Source of the DNA: Tubiluchus corallicola
Taxonomy: Eukaryota; Animalia; Priapulida
Direction: 5' to 3'
DNA length: 64,000 nucleotides
Assembly (NCBI GenBank): GCA_030141605.1
Contig: JAQGDQ010002396.1
Span: 1-64,000 of the forward strand
The notes under the pieces are model-generated. The model searched no databases. It had not been told where the DNA came from and worked only from the letters and a program-made list of their open reading frames with translations. Both the position numbers and the translations under genes were made by a program. Numbering within the stretch: the first letter of the stretch is position 1; every line of letters begins with the position of its first letter. Positions 31,559 to 42,191 of the stretch are shown here, in pieces.

Positions 31559-33100
31559 CTATGATAAACGATACGAGCGCGCGAGCTCTGTAAATTGCTG
31601 GCACTGCGATTTTTCCCACTGCGAGTCTTTCTCTAGAAGGGGTGCCATGATCGCCGCAACAGCTGGCGCCATTTCTACACTGGCTTTACTGTTAAGAAAT
31701 AGAGCGCGCGTTCTACGAGCCAGAAAGTCCTCAACTTGGTAGGTAAGTTCATGTTGTACCGCGTAATGAACCTCTGCTTCTACATATGGTAAATCCTCAT
31801 GCAGCTTTTTATCCGCGCCCGGAAGCGCTTTAACCGCCGCTGATTCAGAGCCATAAACCTTGAAGGGATAGGGATCTGGCGTCTCTGTCGCTCCCCATAA
31901 AGGCATATCAGCCGTTTGGGACTCTGTTGATGATAAAAAGTTATGTTTAATCGCGCGGTTGATGCTATCTTCTCCCATGGAACGGTAAGTTGTCCATTTG
32001 CCTCCTGTCGTGCTTATTAAACCACTGTCAGAAACTTCTATAACATGATCACGGGATAAGGATTTTGTTTTTCCCTGTGTAGAACGATTGCAGACCAAAG
32101 GGCGCAAGCCGGCGAAAGCACTCAATACATCATCCTTATCAGCCTGACGATGAGCATATTTATTAAAGGTAGAGAGAATAAAATCAATCTCTTCTTCCAG
32201 AGGTTTTGGCTCGATGTCAATAGACTCCACAGGAATCTCTGTCGTTCCGACAATCAGATGATCGTACCAAGGAATAGCGAACAAAACACGGCCATCGTCT
32301 GTTTTGGGTATCATTAACGCGTCAGAGCCTGGCAAAAAGTCCGCCGGCAAAATAATATGAGACCCTTGGCTCACTGCTATACATTTAGACAAAGACGGCT
32401 TATCACGCAAGCGCAGCTCATCACTAAAAGGGCCTGTCGCGTTAAAAACAAGTTTTGTTTTAACATCAAAAGACTGATCGTTTACGGTGTCTTGAACCGT
32501 AATTCCTGTAATTTTTCCTTTTTCTTTAATAAAATCCAACGCTTTTACATAATTAATCGCCAGACCGCCATGTTGCTGTATTGTCCGCATCAACGTAATC
32601 GCTAAGCGTGCGTCATCAAATTGGCCATCATAATAAGAGATTCCCCCATATAATTGATTCGCTTTTAGGGCGGGCATTTTCTCACATAAGGCTTCTTTTG
32701 ATAAAAAACGCGTCCTGCCAATTCGATGCGATCTTGCTAATAAATCATAGGCAACCAATCCACTGCCATAATAATATTTCTCTATCGGTGAATAAGTTGG
32801 AACATGAAACAATAGCGATGACGATAAATGAGGCGCGTTTTTCAGAACGCGGGTTCTTTCCCGCAAAGCCTCACAGACAAGACCGATATTTCCCTGTGCT
32901 AAATAGCGAACACCTCCATGTAAAATTTTCGTCGAGCGGGAAGAGGTCGACTTACAGAAATCATATGCCTCAATCAATGCGGTCTTATAGCCTCGTGTCA
33001 CGGCTTCCAGCGCCACTCCGAGCCCTGTCGCTCCCCCTCCAACAATAACAACATCCCACTTTTCTTCATTAAGTTTTTGTATACAGCTCCTTCGACACAT
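31559..33100 (-). CDS. glpD: FAD-dependent glycerol-3-phosphate dehydrogenase
   Basis: GGGATG, TSSRSTKILHGGVRYL, DGQFDDAR, GGKWTTYR. Confidence 0.95.
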   Translation of the reverse strand: MCRRSCIQKLNEEKWDVVIVGGGATGLGVALEAVTRGYKTALIEAYDFCKSTSSRSTKILHGGVRYLAQGNIGLVCEALRERTRVLKNAPHLSSSLLFHVPTYSPIEKYYYGSGLVAYDLLARSHRIGRTRFLSKEALCEKMPALKANQLYGGISYYDGQFDDARLAITLMRTIQQHGGLAINYVKALDFIKEKGKITGITVQDTVNDQSFDVKTKLVFNATGPFSDELRLRDKPSLSKCIAVSQGSHIILPADFLPGSDALMIPKTDDGRVLFAIPWYDHLIVGTTEIPVESIDIEPKPLEEEIDFILSTFNKYAHRQADKDDVLSAFAGLRPLVCNRSTQGKTKSLSRDHVIEVSDSGLISTTGGKWTTYRSMGEDSINRAIKHNFLSSTESQTADMPLWGATETPDPYPFKVYGSESAAVKALPGADKKLHEDLPYVEAEVHYAVQHELTYQVEDFLARRTRALFLNSKASVEMAPAVAAIMAPLLEKDSQWEKSQCQQFTELARSYRLS

Positions 33101-33159
33101 TCGTTTTTATCTCCTTAAGTTAATAAATATACCCATTATTAGTTTATTAATATTTTTAT

Positions 33160-35919
33160 CTATAATTTTTTTTGAGTTGTTTCTTTTAAAATTTTCCTGA
33201 TAATCCTTAATGTTTTCGCGATATCAATTGGCTTTGTTAGATAATCTTCAAAACCAACGTCTTTTCCACGTTCTATATCTTGTGACAAAACATTTGCGCT
33301 TAGAGCGATAACAGGCGTATCTTTTGTTTTTGGTGTGCTCTTTAAAATTCTTGTCGCCTCAAGGCCGTTCATGCCTGGAAGATCTATATCCATTAAAATC
33401 ATATCTGGGCATTCCTTACGCGCGATTTCCAGTCCGGCTTCTGCTGTAACTGCTTCCAAAAATATAATATCTTTCTGCATTTCAAAAACTTTCCGCATTA
33501 AAATCATATTAACAGGGTTGTCTTCAATATAAAGGATCTTCTTCTCTTCAACAGCGTGTTCCTGAGACTCCGAAGGGGAAATATCGTAGGTAGAATCATC
33601 AATATAGGCAGATTTTAGTAAATGTTCCGTCGCCGGTAAATCAACCCAAAAACGGCTCCCTTTATTTACCGAGCTTTCCACACCGACATCTCCTCCCATC
33701 AAGTGGGCAAGTTTAGCTGCGATTGTAAGACCAATGCCGCTCCCCTCAATGTTTGTCTTCTCGGCTCCCAGCCGCTGAAACGGTTCGAATAAGCTCTCCA
33801 TATTTTCCGCAGAGATCCCCTTCCCTGTATCGCTGACAGAAATCCGCATAACGCGGTTTCTCAATAAGCTGTAATCAAGTGTAATGGTTCCTCCCTTTCG
33901 GTTATACTTGATCGCGTTGCTTAAAAAATTCAAAAGGATCTGTTTTAAACGTGTGAAATCAGCAATAGCCCCGTAGAGATCCTTCTGAGAGGAAATATTA
34001 TCAATAATTTGAATATCCTTCTCCACGGCTTGCGGTCTTAAAATATCAAAACATTCCTTGATAACAAAAGGAACAGAGACATGCTCTGTCGATATACTGA
34101 CTGCCCCTTGCTCAATTTTTGATAAATCTAAAACATCGTTGATCAAACTGAGCAAATGATTTCCCGCTCTTAAAATATGGTTGGTATTGTCAATACTGGA
34201 TCTATTCTTTTCTTTTTCAAAAAATCTCTTTAGAAGCTGCGCGAATCCTAAAATACTGTTCATTGGCGTTCTAAGCTCATGGCTCATATGCGAAAGAAAA
34301 GTACTCTTTTCTTCACTGACTTCTTCCGCGTGGCCCAAAACACGTTTCAAATGCGTTTCTTTCGCCCTTAATTGCGTAACATTGCGCGCGACACCATGAT
34401 AGCCTTGAAAACGCTTCTCTTTATCGAAAATAGGAACAGAATCTAATTCAAAAATAAGCTCCTCTCCACTCTTAAGCGTAACTGTGCACGCATAGTCTTT
34501 AATCTCCTCCCGAGCGTTCATACTACGCATATACTCTTCCCAAGCTTTAAGATCTGTTTTGGGAAAAAATTCACGAATCATATCAACAGGACGTTTCCCT
34601 AAACACTGATCCTGTGGTATATCCAAAGCCTGTATACCTCTCGCAGGAAGCCAGGTATAGCGTAAATTATCATCTATCGCCCAAAACCAAGAGGCTGCTA
34701 TATTGGCTATATGAGCCAGTCGCTCCTCGCTTTTATAAAGCGCTTCCTGAGTTGTTGTTTTTTTCTTTATCTGCTGCTTAAGGTAGGCATTATACTTAAC
34801 CGACGAGACTGTTTGTCCATAAATATAAATCCGGCGCTCTATAAAAAATAGCAGCAATAAAAATAAAATAACCGCGCTAATTAACGGAAGCATCGTTTTG
34901 AAAACAATCCCCGTTAGAAAATCTTTCCTCAATATACCAAAAACGAATTTCCAGGATATATTCTCGGGAAGATACGCGAAAACATAACCGTTATTATCAT
35001 AGACATACCGAAAAGATGTATCTTCCTGATCGAATTTTACATCAAATTTTTTCGCGATCTCTTCCGGTGTAAGGTTGAGGAAGCCTCCTTGGGAGAGCAT
35101 ATTGTCCTCTTTATAAAAGGATGTAACTAGAACATCATTTCTTTCATTGGTAAAAAAATAGATCCCTAAGTCGCCATAGGAAAAATTCTCTTGAACAAAC
35201 AAAGAAAATGGACTGATCGCAACTTCAAAAATAAGAAAACGCACACTATCATTAAAATCACTATGAATTGGCATAAAACCATATACCACTTTCTCGATAC
35301 CGCTCTCTTCTTTAGGGGGCCCTATATTCTTTGGAATCCAAAAGTCCGTAAATTCTGATTTATAATTCTCGTTAAGCTCAAGCTGCTGGCGGTAAATGTT
35401 TATCGTTTCAAAGATATCTTGATCAAGTGCTTCAGGATAAGAGACTATAAATTTATTCTCGACATAATAATAAATTTTCTGAAGTTCCGGAAGTTCTCGA
35501 AAAAGAATATCAAAATTCTCTGATAAAACAGAAAAGACATAATATTCATCGCTGTAATCATAATGTTCTGTAACCTCGTTTCTGAAAAACAATACTGCCA
35601 AGTCGGTATTTTCATCCCTTAAAGCGTCTTTATTTTCATCAAACGTTTCTTGAGATTCCCTGACGACAAATTCTTCAATAATAAATTTTAAATTTGTCAG
35701 ATATTCCGTATAGCTATGCGCATTTTTCTCAATCATTCGAGACAGGACAATAAAGTCATTTGACAATTTGTTCAGAAGCAATATCTCTTGTTTTTTCCAG
35801 AAATACGAAATTAAAAATATAGAAATCGTTCCTAAAAAAACAATACTGAAAATAATTCGCACTTTCAGAGAAAGGCGATCAGAAAAATTCCAGAACGGTT
35901 TTTGATTTTGATGCGGCAT
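33160..35919 (-). CDS. Membrane-bound hybrid sensor histidine kinase (extracytoplasmic sensor, PAS, HisKA, HATPase, REC)
   Basis: Two TM segments, SHELRTP, NAIKY, DTGKG, GSGIGL, and a receiver domain with IEDN, MDIDLP and KP. Confidence 0.94.
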   Translation of the reverse strand: MPHQNQKPFWNFSDRLSLKVRIIFSIVFLGTISIFLISYFWKKQEILLLNKLSNDFIVLSRMIEKNAHSYTEYLTNLKFIIEEFVVRESQETFDENKDALRDENTDLAVLFFRNEVTEHYDYSDEYYVFSVLSENFDILFRELPELQKIYYYVENKFIVSYPEALDQDIFETINIYRQQLELNENYKSEFTDFWIPKNIGPPKEESGIEKVVYGFMPIHSDFNDSVRFLIFEVAISPFSLFVQENFSYGDLGIYFFTNERNDVLVTSFYKEDNMLSQGGFLNLTPEEIAKKFDVKFDQEDTSFRYVYDNNGYVFAYLPENISWKFVFGILRKDFLTGIVFKTMLPLISAVILFLLLLFFIERRIYIYGQTVSSVKYNAYLKQQIKKKTTTQEALYKSEERLAHIANIAASWFWAIDDNLRYTWLPARGIQALDIPQDQCLGKRPVDMIREFFPKTDLKAWEEYMRSMNAREEIKDYACTVTLKSGEELIFELDSVPIFDKEKRFQGYHGVARNVTQLRAKETHLKRVLGHAEEVSEEKSTFLSHMSHELRTPMNSILGFAQLLKRFFEKEKNRSSIDNTNHILRAGNHLLSLINDVLDLSKIEQGAVSISTEHVSVPFVIKECFDILRPQAVEKDIQIIDNISSQKDLYGAIADFTRLKQILLNFLSNAIKYNRKGGTITLDYSLLRNRVMRISVSDTGKGISAENMESLFEPFQRLGAEKTNIEGSGIGLTIAAKLAHLMGGDVGVESSVNKGSRFWVDLPATEHLLKSAYIDDSTYDISPSESQEHAVEEKKILYIEDNPVNMILMRKVFEMQKDIIFLEAVTAEAGLEIARKECPDMILMDIDLPGMNGLEATRILKSTPKTKDTPVIALSANVLSQDIERGKDVGFEDYLTKPIDIAKTLRIIRKILKETTQKKL

Positions 35920-36017
35920 TATTCGTTTATCTTTTTAGCTTTATAAAGATGTTCCCTACATTAAATATACCATAAACTCAACCCTACGCCAAATAAGCAA
36001 ACTATGTATGAAAAAAA

Positions 36018-37451
36018 TTATTTTTTCTCATTAACATATGGATTACGGCCTTGACGTAATTTAACTCTTAGCGGAACAGCGGGTAAATCAAATGCCTCTC
36101 GCAAGCTGTTTAACAAGTAGCGAAGCCAAGATTCAGAAAAAGCGTCTCCTCTTGAAACCTGCAGCATAAATGTGGGAGGGCGGGTTTTTATCTGCGTCAT
36201 GTAGCGAATTTTCGGGCGGCGGCCTCCAGAGGATAGTGGCGGCGGGTGAAGCATAACGGCTTCTTCTAAAAACTGATTTAATCGTGCCGTTGGTATACGA
36301 TGGTTCCAAAGCGCGTACAGATCAAACGCTGTTTGAAAAACCGCCTTGATATTCTCTCCCTTTAGGGCGGAGCAGGCTACAACCGGTATTCCCCGTGCCT
36401 GAGCTAGGGATATGTCCAAGCGGCCGTAAAGTTTCTGTAAGACCTCCTGTGGGTTTTTTACCAAATCCCATTTATTCAAAACAAGGAATAAAGCTCTTCC
36501 TTCATCTAATACACGACGCGCGATCACTAAATCCTGTTTTTCAAGACCGTCATGAGGATCTAAAACTAAAGCAACAACATGCGCGTAGCGAATAGAGGCA
36601 AGGCTTTGCTGTGTTGAAAGGCTTTCAACTTTATCTGACACTTTTGCCTGGCGGCGTAAACCCGCTGTATCAATCAGGCATATCGATCGATCGACTCCCT
36701 GCCAGAAAAAAGAACATTGAACAGAAATGGAATCCCGTGTAATGCCTGCTTCAGCGCCTGTTAAAAGGCGTTCTTCCCCAATCAGATGGTTGATCAATGT
36801 TGATTTTCCGACATTAGGGCGGCCAACAATAACGATCTGGATAGGCTGTTCCTTTTCAGAAAGGGTCTCTTCCTCTATTGTTTCATCGTTAATATTCAGT
36901 GATTCTGTATTTTCTTCAAGGGAGCGCAACATATTCTGTTGCTTTTCCTGATATAGAAAGCTATCAACATGGGGGCGTAACGCCTGGTATAAGTCTTCCA
37001 TTCCTAAGTTATGCTCTGCGGAAATCGCGACCGCTTCTCCGAAGCCAAGTCTATAGCTTTCTAAAATTCCTGAAGAAGCGTCTCTTCCCTCGCATTTATT
37101 TGCGCATAAAATAACAGGAGCCTGACTTTTATAAAGCAGAGACGAAAAAAGCATATCCAGCGGCGTAATGCCCGCGCGAACATCCACCAGCATTAAAATA
37201 ATATCTGCGTTTTCCAAGGCTTTCTCTGTTTGTTCACGCATACGGCCTTGCAGTGTCTCTGTGGGCGCGTCCTCAAAACCAGCTGTATCAATAACCTGAA
37301 AAGACAAGTCAAATAATTTTCCCTGAGCTTCACGGCGATCTCGTGTAACGCCGGGCTTATTATGCACAATCGCTTTTTTTCCAAAGGTTAGGCGATTAAA
37401 TAATGTTGATTTTCCGACATTAGGACGGCCAACAATAACAATTGTAAACAT
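36018..37451 (-). CDS. der: Ribosome biogenesis GTPase Der (EngA)
   Basis: Two GRPNVGKS P-loops, two DTAG motifs, KH-like C-terminus. Confidence 0.98.
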   Translation of the reverse strand: MFTIVIVGRPNVGKSTLFNRLTFGKKAIVHNKPGVTRDRREAQGKLFDLSFQVIDTAGFEDAPTETLQGRMREQTEKALENADIILMLVDVRAGITPLDMLFSSLLYKSQAPVILCANKCEGRDASSGILESYRLGFGEAVAISAEHNLGMEDLYQALRPHVDSFLYQEKQQNMLRSLEENTESLNINDETIEEETLSEKEQPIQIVIVGRPNVGKSTLINHLIGEERLLTGAEAGITRDSISVQCSFFWQGVDRSICLIDTAGLRRQAKVSDKVESLSTQQSLASIRYAHVVALVLDPHDGLEKQDLVIARRVLDEGRALFLVLNKWDLVKNPQEVLQKLYGRLDISLAQARGIPVVACSALKGENIKAVFQTAFDLYALWNHRIPTARLNQFLEEAVMLHPPPLSSGGRRPKIRYMTQIKTRPPTFMLQVSRGDAFSESWLRYLLNSLREAFDLPAVPLRVKLRQGRNPYVNEKK

Positions 37452-37464
37452 TTAATATTAGACC

Positions 37465-39036
37465 CTATTGGCTACTAAATGATAAAAGAGCGCCCCTTTG
37501 TGTAAAAATATAAAGAGTATTATCCACTATAACAGGCATCGACGCTCCTCCTGCTGGCAGTGTACGTTCTGAGATGATGCTGCCATCATAAGGAGATAAG
37601 ATTAAGAGTTTTCCATGAGAGCCTACAAACCATAACGATTCTCCGGCCAATACAGGGCCATACCATTTTACGGATGCTTTTCTATCCTCTTTTTTTGTTT
37701 TCAATGCTGGGCTTGACCATAAAACGCTACCATCCTCAACAGAAATCGCCAGAACATCGTTAAGAGTGTTCATAGCGAAAAAGATATTACTATCAACCCA
37801 TGGTGTTGATATTATTTTAAGCGCTTTCTTCCATATACGTTTTCCGGACTTAAGGTCAAGCATGACGAGGCCTGTCGATTGGCTTGCCAGCAAAACTTTT
37901 CCATCGTAAATAACAGGAGAGGCTTTGACATGCTCTTTAGCATGGGCAAAAGACGATGCCGAAGGTTTTAAGGACATCATTTTCTCTATCCATGAAATCG
38001 TGCCATCCTGTGTGGAAAGTGCGACGACCTCCCCTGTTGTGAAAGGGGCGATAATAAGATCACCATCCACAGCAGGAGAAGCGCCTCCTAAAAAGGCCGT
38101 TGTGGCCACCTCTCCTCCTCCTGACCAAAGGATATCGCCAGAATCCTGATCTAAGAAAACAACGAAATTATCAACTGTTATAGCGACAAGATAATGGTCA
38201 AATACTGTGGGAGGCGAGCGAAACGGGCTACCGATATCCTGCCGCCAGAGAATCTCTTGTGACTCGCTATCAACAGCGATAATTGATCCAAGGCCCGTCG
38301 TGACGTAAATAGTAGAGTTTCCCCAAGCCAGTCCTCCTGGCGAGTGAATTCTATCTTTTGATTGAACAAGTTTTTTTAACCAGAGTCTCTTTCCATTTTC
38401 TTTATCCACCGCGATAAGCTGGGAGTAGGCATCAAGAACATAAACCATTGTATCTGTTACAATAAAAGGATCCGATGGCAGGAAATATCCTTTACCACTG
38501 CCGACGCCTACAGAAGATACCCAGTTGAGCTCTAGGCGCCCTTTAAAATACAAATGTCCGCCAAAATTTTTTGAGTTTCCATAACTTTGCACCCAAGCGT
38601 CCTTTGAGCGCGGGCGGCTAAAAGAGTTTGTAGAGGCGAGTATATTTCTATAGGAATAAAAGGAAATATCTGCATCAGCAGAGAAAGTCTCCATTAAATC
38701 CGCCCATTCAGAAGCGCTTCTTCCTTTCTTGATCTTGTCGTTAAGAAAATCTATATTCTCTAAACTCTTTTCCTCAGCGATCGTTTGCTCTTCTTCTGAG
38801 GCCTCGGCAGGGAATAATATGCTCAATAAAGCGTCTTCATGAAAAATCGGCTCTTCCTCAGCGAGTGATCTCTCTAAAAAAAGTGTCATAACATCTTCAA
38901 TTTCCTGATCCTCTAATATCTCCACGCCATTTTCAACTGGTGCGCAAGAGGATAATACTATGCTCCAGCATAGAAAAGCATAGACTATTTTAAAGTCAAT
39001 ATGCGCATATGGCATAAATTTCTCTCTTTTTTTCAA
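37465..39036 (-). CDS. bamB: PQQ-like beta-propeller outer-membrane lipoprotein, BamB-like
   Basis: LSSC lipobox, repeated G..LW/IW blades, yfgM-bamB-der synteny. Alternative start 39015. Confidence 0.85.
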   Translation of the reverse strand: MKKREKFMPYAHIDFKIVYAFLCWSIVLSSCAPVENGVEILEDQEIEDVMTLFLERSLAEEEPIFHEDALLSILFPAEASEEEQTIAEEKSLENIDFLNDKIKKGRSASEWADLMETFSADADISFYSYRNILASTNSFSRPRSKDAWVQSYGNSKNFGGHLYFKGRLELNWVSSVGVGSGKGYFLPSDPFIVTDTMVYVLDAYSQLIAVDKENGKRLWLKKLVQSKDRIHSPGGLAWGNSTIYVTTGLGSIIAVDSESQEILWRQDIGSPFRSPPTVFDHYLVAITVDNFVVFLDQDSGDILWSGGGEVATTAFLGGASPAVDGDLIIAPFTTGEVVALSTQDGTISWIEKMMSLKPSASSFAHAKEHVKASPVIYDGKVLLASQSTGLVMLDLKSGKRIWKKALKIISTPWVDSNIFFAMNTLNDVLAISVEDGSVLWSSPALKTKKEDRKASVKWYGPVLAGESLWFVGSHGKLLILSPYDGSIISERTLPAGGASMPVIVDNTLYIFTQRGALLSFSSQ

Positions 39037-39051
39037 AAAACAACGTTCCCT

Positions 39052-39837
39052 TTACGATTCATCTTCTTCATTCTGGAAAGAGTTTTCCTGGATGGATTCT
39101 TCCTCTTCTCTTTTTTCTGTGAAAATGTCTTCGCTGGTATTCTCTTCTTCTTTTTCGGCAAATTCTTCCAAAATTGTCCGCATGACAATATTTTGCTGCC
39201 GGATGGTAGAGGGTAAAAGTATATCCTCATTCATCTCTGAAAAAATACTATAGGCTTTTGCCTTTTCGTCACGTTGCAGTGCGGCGATTGCGCGCAGCTC
39301 TTCCGCAAGATAATAGATAGGTCTCATTCTCTGGTTCAGCAAAGGCTCCAGCAGCATATCCACCTTCTCCAGCTCTTCTATATTAAGATAATGGAGCGCG
39401 GAAAAATAGGCCGCGAGGAATCGCCAATCTTCCTCAACATTTTTATCCTGTGAAATAATTTCATAATAGCGCGCTGCTTCTAAAAAGTCACCGGAATCGC
39501 TATAAAAAGAAGCTTCCTCAAAACGTCCTAAAAGTTCCAGATGGTATAATGTTTTATTTTCCAGCGCGGTTGCGATTGCTTTTTTTGCTTCTTCCTGTTT
39601 TTCTTGTTCATAAAGGCTTTGCACTGCGAAAAATCGCATGGTTGATTGTTCTCTCTTTGATGTTTCCGTATATGTCCAAATCTGATATCCTGAAACACTT
39701 AAAACCAGTAAGGCGACGCCTCCTATAACATAATATTTGAACCGGTCCCAAAGCTTCTGATACCGCTCATGCCTGACTTCTTCATCAATTTCATATAGTA
39801 AACCATCTTGGGCGACATTTTTTGGTTTTCTGGCCAC
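39052..39837 (-). CDS. TPR-like membrane-anchored protein (YfgM / DUF2659-like)
   Basis: EIDEEVRHER..KLW followed by a TM helix and a helical domain; acidic tail; upstream of bamB-der. Confidence 0.85.
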   Translation of the reverse strand: MARKPKNVAQDGLLYEIDEEVRHERYQKLWDRFKYYVIGGVALLVLSVSGYQIWTYTETSKREQSTMRFFAVQSLYEQEKQEEAKKAIATALENKTLYHLELLGRFEEASFYSDSGDFLEAARYYEIISQDKNVEEDWRFLAAYFSALHYLNIEELEKVDMLLEPLLNQRMRPIYYLAEELRAIAALQRDEKAKAYSIFSEMNEDILLPSTIRQQNIVMRTILEEFAEKEEENTSEDIFTEKREEEESIQENSFQNEEDES

Positions 39838-40013
39838 ATTTTCCTCCGGCTCTTTGATAAAGACGATCTCTCTATAATTGCCATTTTATCAATAGAGATA
39901 TCTTAATTAAATTTTCATCCTAAAATTCTCTTTGCAAAGTATAAACTATAAAAAAGGAAAAACAATCCTTAACTTTAGTCTCTTATGTCCTTCTCAAAAA
40001 AACACGTCATCTC

Positions 40014-40661
40014 CTAATTAACAGGTGGAGGTAAAATCATTCCTTCTAAAAATTCCTCATGCTGGCTAGTATCAAATGGCTCGATCTCCTGCTCAGATTC
40101 CCAAAGATGAAAACGAGCGACCACATACTGTGCTCCCTGTTTGATAACGCGGCTACCCTCTACAATCACAGGGCCTGTTTTGGCCTCCTCAAACCAATCC
40201 GGAGGCGTTTCACGCGCCAGCATCATATCAAATAAAATCCACAGTAAGCAAACAAAGATAAACCCGCGTAAGATTCCAAATAAAAAGCCTAAAGAACGAT
40301 TAAACAAGCCATGAATCACAAAATGAAGAAAGAAACTTTTTGATTCCGAGCCTTTTCCTACCAATACCATAGTTCCGATCTTGTAAAACAGGCTCCCTAC
40401 AATACCAAGAGCAATCAGGGAAATAAAGAATAAACCTCCTATTGTTAACGGCTTAAGGAGCCATTCAGGGACTTCCTTGCCCATGTCTAATAAAATATAG
40501 TCCATAACAGGTGCATATCCAAAGATCGCTATGGCAAACGCTCCACCCCATACAAGCAAAGAAAGAACTTCTTTAAAAAAGCCATTTAAAAATGCAAATA
40601 ACCCCGATACCAGCATAATTGCCAGAACTGTCATATCGAACCATTGTAATGGTGTATCCAT
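40014..40661 (-). CDS. cvpA: CvpA (colicin V production) family membrane protein
   Basis: GFFKEVLSL and RSLGFLFG.LRG motifs; follows radA. Confidence 0.9.
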   Translation of the reverse strand: MDTPLQWFDMTVLAIMLVSGLFAFLNGFFKEVLSLLVWGGAFAIAIFGYAPVMDYILLDMGKEVPEWLLKPLTIGGLFFISLIALGIVGSLFYKIGTMVLVGKGSESKSFFLHFVIHGLFNRSLGFLFGILRGFIFVCLLWILFDMMLARETPPDWFEEAKTGPVIVEGSRVIKQGAQYVVARFHLWESEQEIEPFDTSQHEEFLEGMILPPPVN

Positions 40662-40666
40662 AAAGC

Positions 40667-42037
40667 TTATTCCTTACGTTCAATTAAATCACTTAACTCT
40701 AGAAGAGATTTTACCGTCAGCAATTTTATTCCTGCTCTATTGTTTCTACCATCTGTATATAACTTGTCAAGAGCCGGTATAACCGCCTGGCGAAAACCAA
40801 GACGTTTTGCTTCACTTAAGCGTTGTTCTAAATAAGGTACGGAGCGAACTGTTCCTGATAAATTAACCTCTCCTAAAACAACTGTCTCGGGTAAAAAGGC
40901 TTTCTCGAAAAAAGAAGACAATAAAGAAGCGGCTATTGCGAGATCTGCTGCTGGCTCTACAATTTTCAAGCCGCCGGCGATATTCAGGTAAATATCCCGC
41001 CCTCCGATAGAAACATTGCAACGCGCTTCTAAAACAGCTGTAATCATAGAAAGGCGATTGCTGTCTGCTCCAACGACAGAGCGGCGCGCCTGTCCGGGAT
41101 TCGATGGTGTTAACAATGTTTGAAACTCAACAAGAACAGGGCGTTGCCCTTCCATCGCCGCGAACACACAATTGCCGCTAATATTATCCTTATGATCTTC
41201 TAGGAAAAGCGCCGAAGGGTTATCGATTGGATTCAGTCCCTTCCCTGTCATTTCAAAAATACCAATCTCATTTGTCGGTCCATACCGATTTTTTATTGCC
41301 CGAAGCAAACGAAACTGATGATGTCGATCTCCCTCAAAATACAAAACCGCGTCAACCATATGTTCTAAAACACGCGGGCCGGCAATTTGCCCTTCTCTTG
41401 TAACATGTCCGATCAACACAAGTGAAAATCCTCGTTTTTTCGCGAGGCTTACAAGCTCATGCGCTGAAGAGCGAACCTGATTAATACTGCCTGGCGTTGA
41501 GGATATTTGATCAAAATACATTGTCTGTATGGAATCGATAACAACCAAAGAAGGGACTGGGATAGTCTCTAATGTTGCCAGAATATTGCGAACAGAGGTT
41601 TCAATTGCTAAAGAAACCGTGGCCTCGTTAAAACCAAGGCGAGCTGCCCTTAGCTGTAGCTGTTCCGCTGATTCTTCGCCAGAAATATATATACAGGGCG
41701 TGTTCAAGGATAGTTTTGCGCAAACTTGCATGAGTAATGTCGATTTGCCGATACCCGGATCCCCTCCTATCAATAAAGCCGAGCCCGCAACAATTCCGCC
41801 TCCGGTGACGCGATCAAATTCCTCAAGATCACAAATAAGGCGTCGTGGTTTTTCAGCTGATGACGAAAGGTTGACAAACTCTATGGGATGGCCCTTGTCG
41901 AAAGAAATTGGAGAGGGCGAGTCTCTTTCTTCCTCAAGGCTATTCCATTCGCTGCATTGATTGCAATATCCGCTCCATTTGGAAAATGTCGCGCCGCAAG
42001 CACGGCAAATATAATAAACAGCGCTCTTACGAGGCAT
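40667..42037 (-). CDS. radA: DNA repair protein RadA/Sms
   Basis: C4 zinc finger, GDPGIGKST, KNRYG, Lon-like C-terminus. Confidence 0.98.
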   Translation of the reverse strand: MPRKSAVYYICRACGATFSKWSGYCNQCSEWNSLEEERDSPSPISFDKGHPIEFVNLSSSAEKPRRLICDLEEFDRVTGGGIVAGSALLIGGDPGIGKSTLLMQVCAKLSLNTPCIYISGEESAEQLQLRAARLGFNEATVSLAIETSVRNILATLETIPVPSLVVIDSIQTMYFDQISSTPGSINQVRSSAHELVSLAKKRGFSLVLIGHVTREGQIAGPRVLEHMVDAVLYFEGDRHHQFRLLRAIKNRYGPTNEIGIFEMTGKGLNPIDNPSALFLEDHKDNISGNCVFAAMEGQRPVLVEFQTLLTPSNPGQARRSVVGADSNRLSMITAVLEARCNVSIGGRDIYLNIAGGLKIVEPAADLAIAASLLSSFFEKAFLPETVVLGEVNLSGTVRSVPYLEQRLSEAKRLGFRQAVIPALDKLYTDGRNNRAGIKLLTVKSLLELSDLIERKE

Positions 42038-42191
42038 AGTTATGACCTTATGTTGTTTTATTAATATTTCTTATTTTTTTACCATGTTATAGTTAAAAAA
42101 CAAATGATATTTTAGGATAAATTTATTAAAAAAGCCTATATAACACAGCGTTATTTCTATCATAAGCACAAAAGAGAAACCCATCATAAAT

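Noticed and set aside
36841-39200. Acidic low-complexity stretches in Der, BamB and YfgM
   Set aside because: They look like ordinary variable linkers or tails with no repeat unit.
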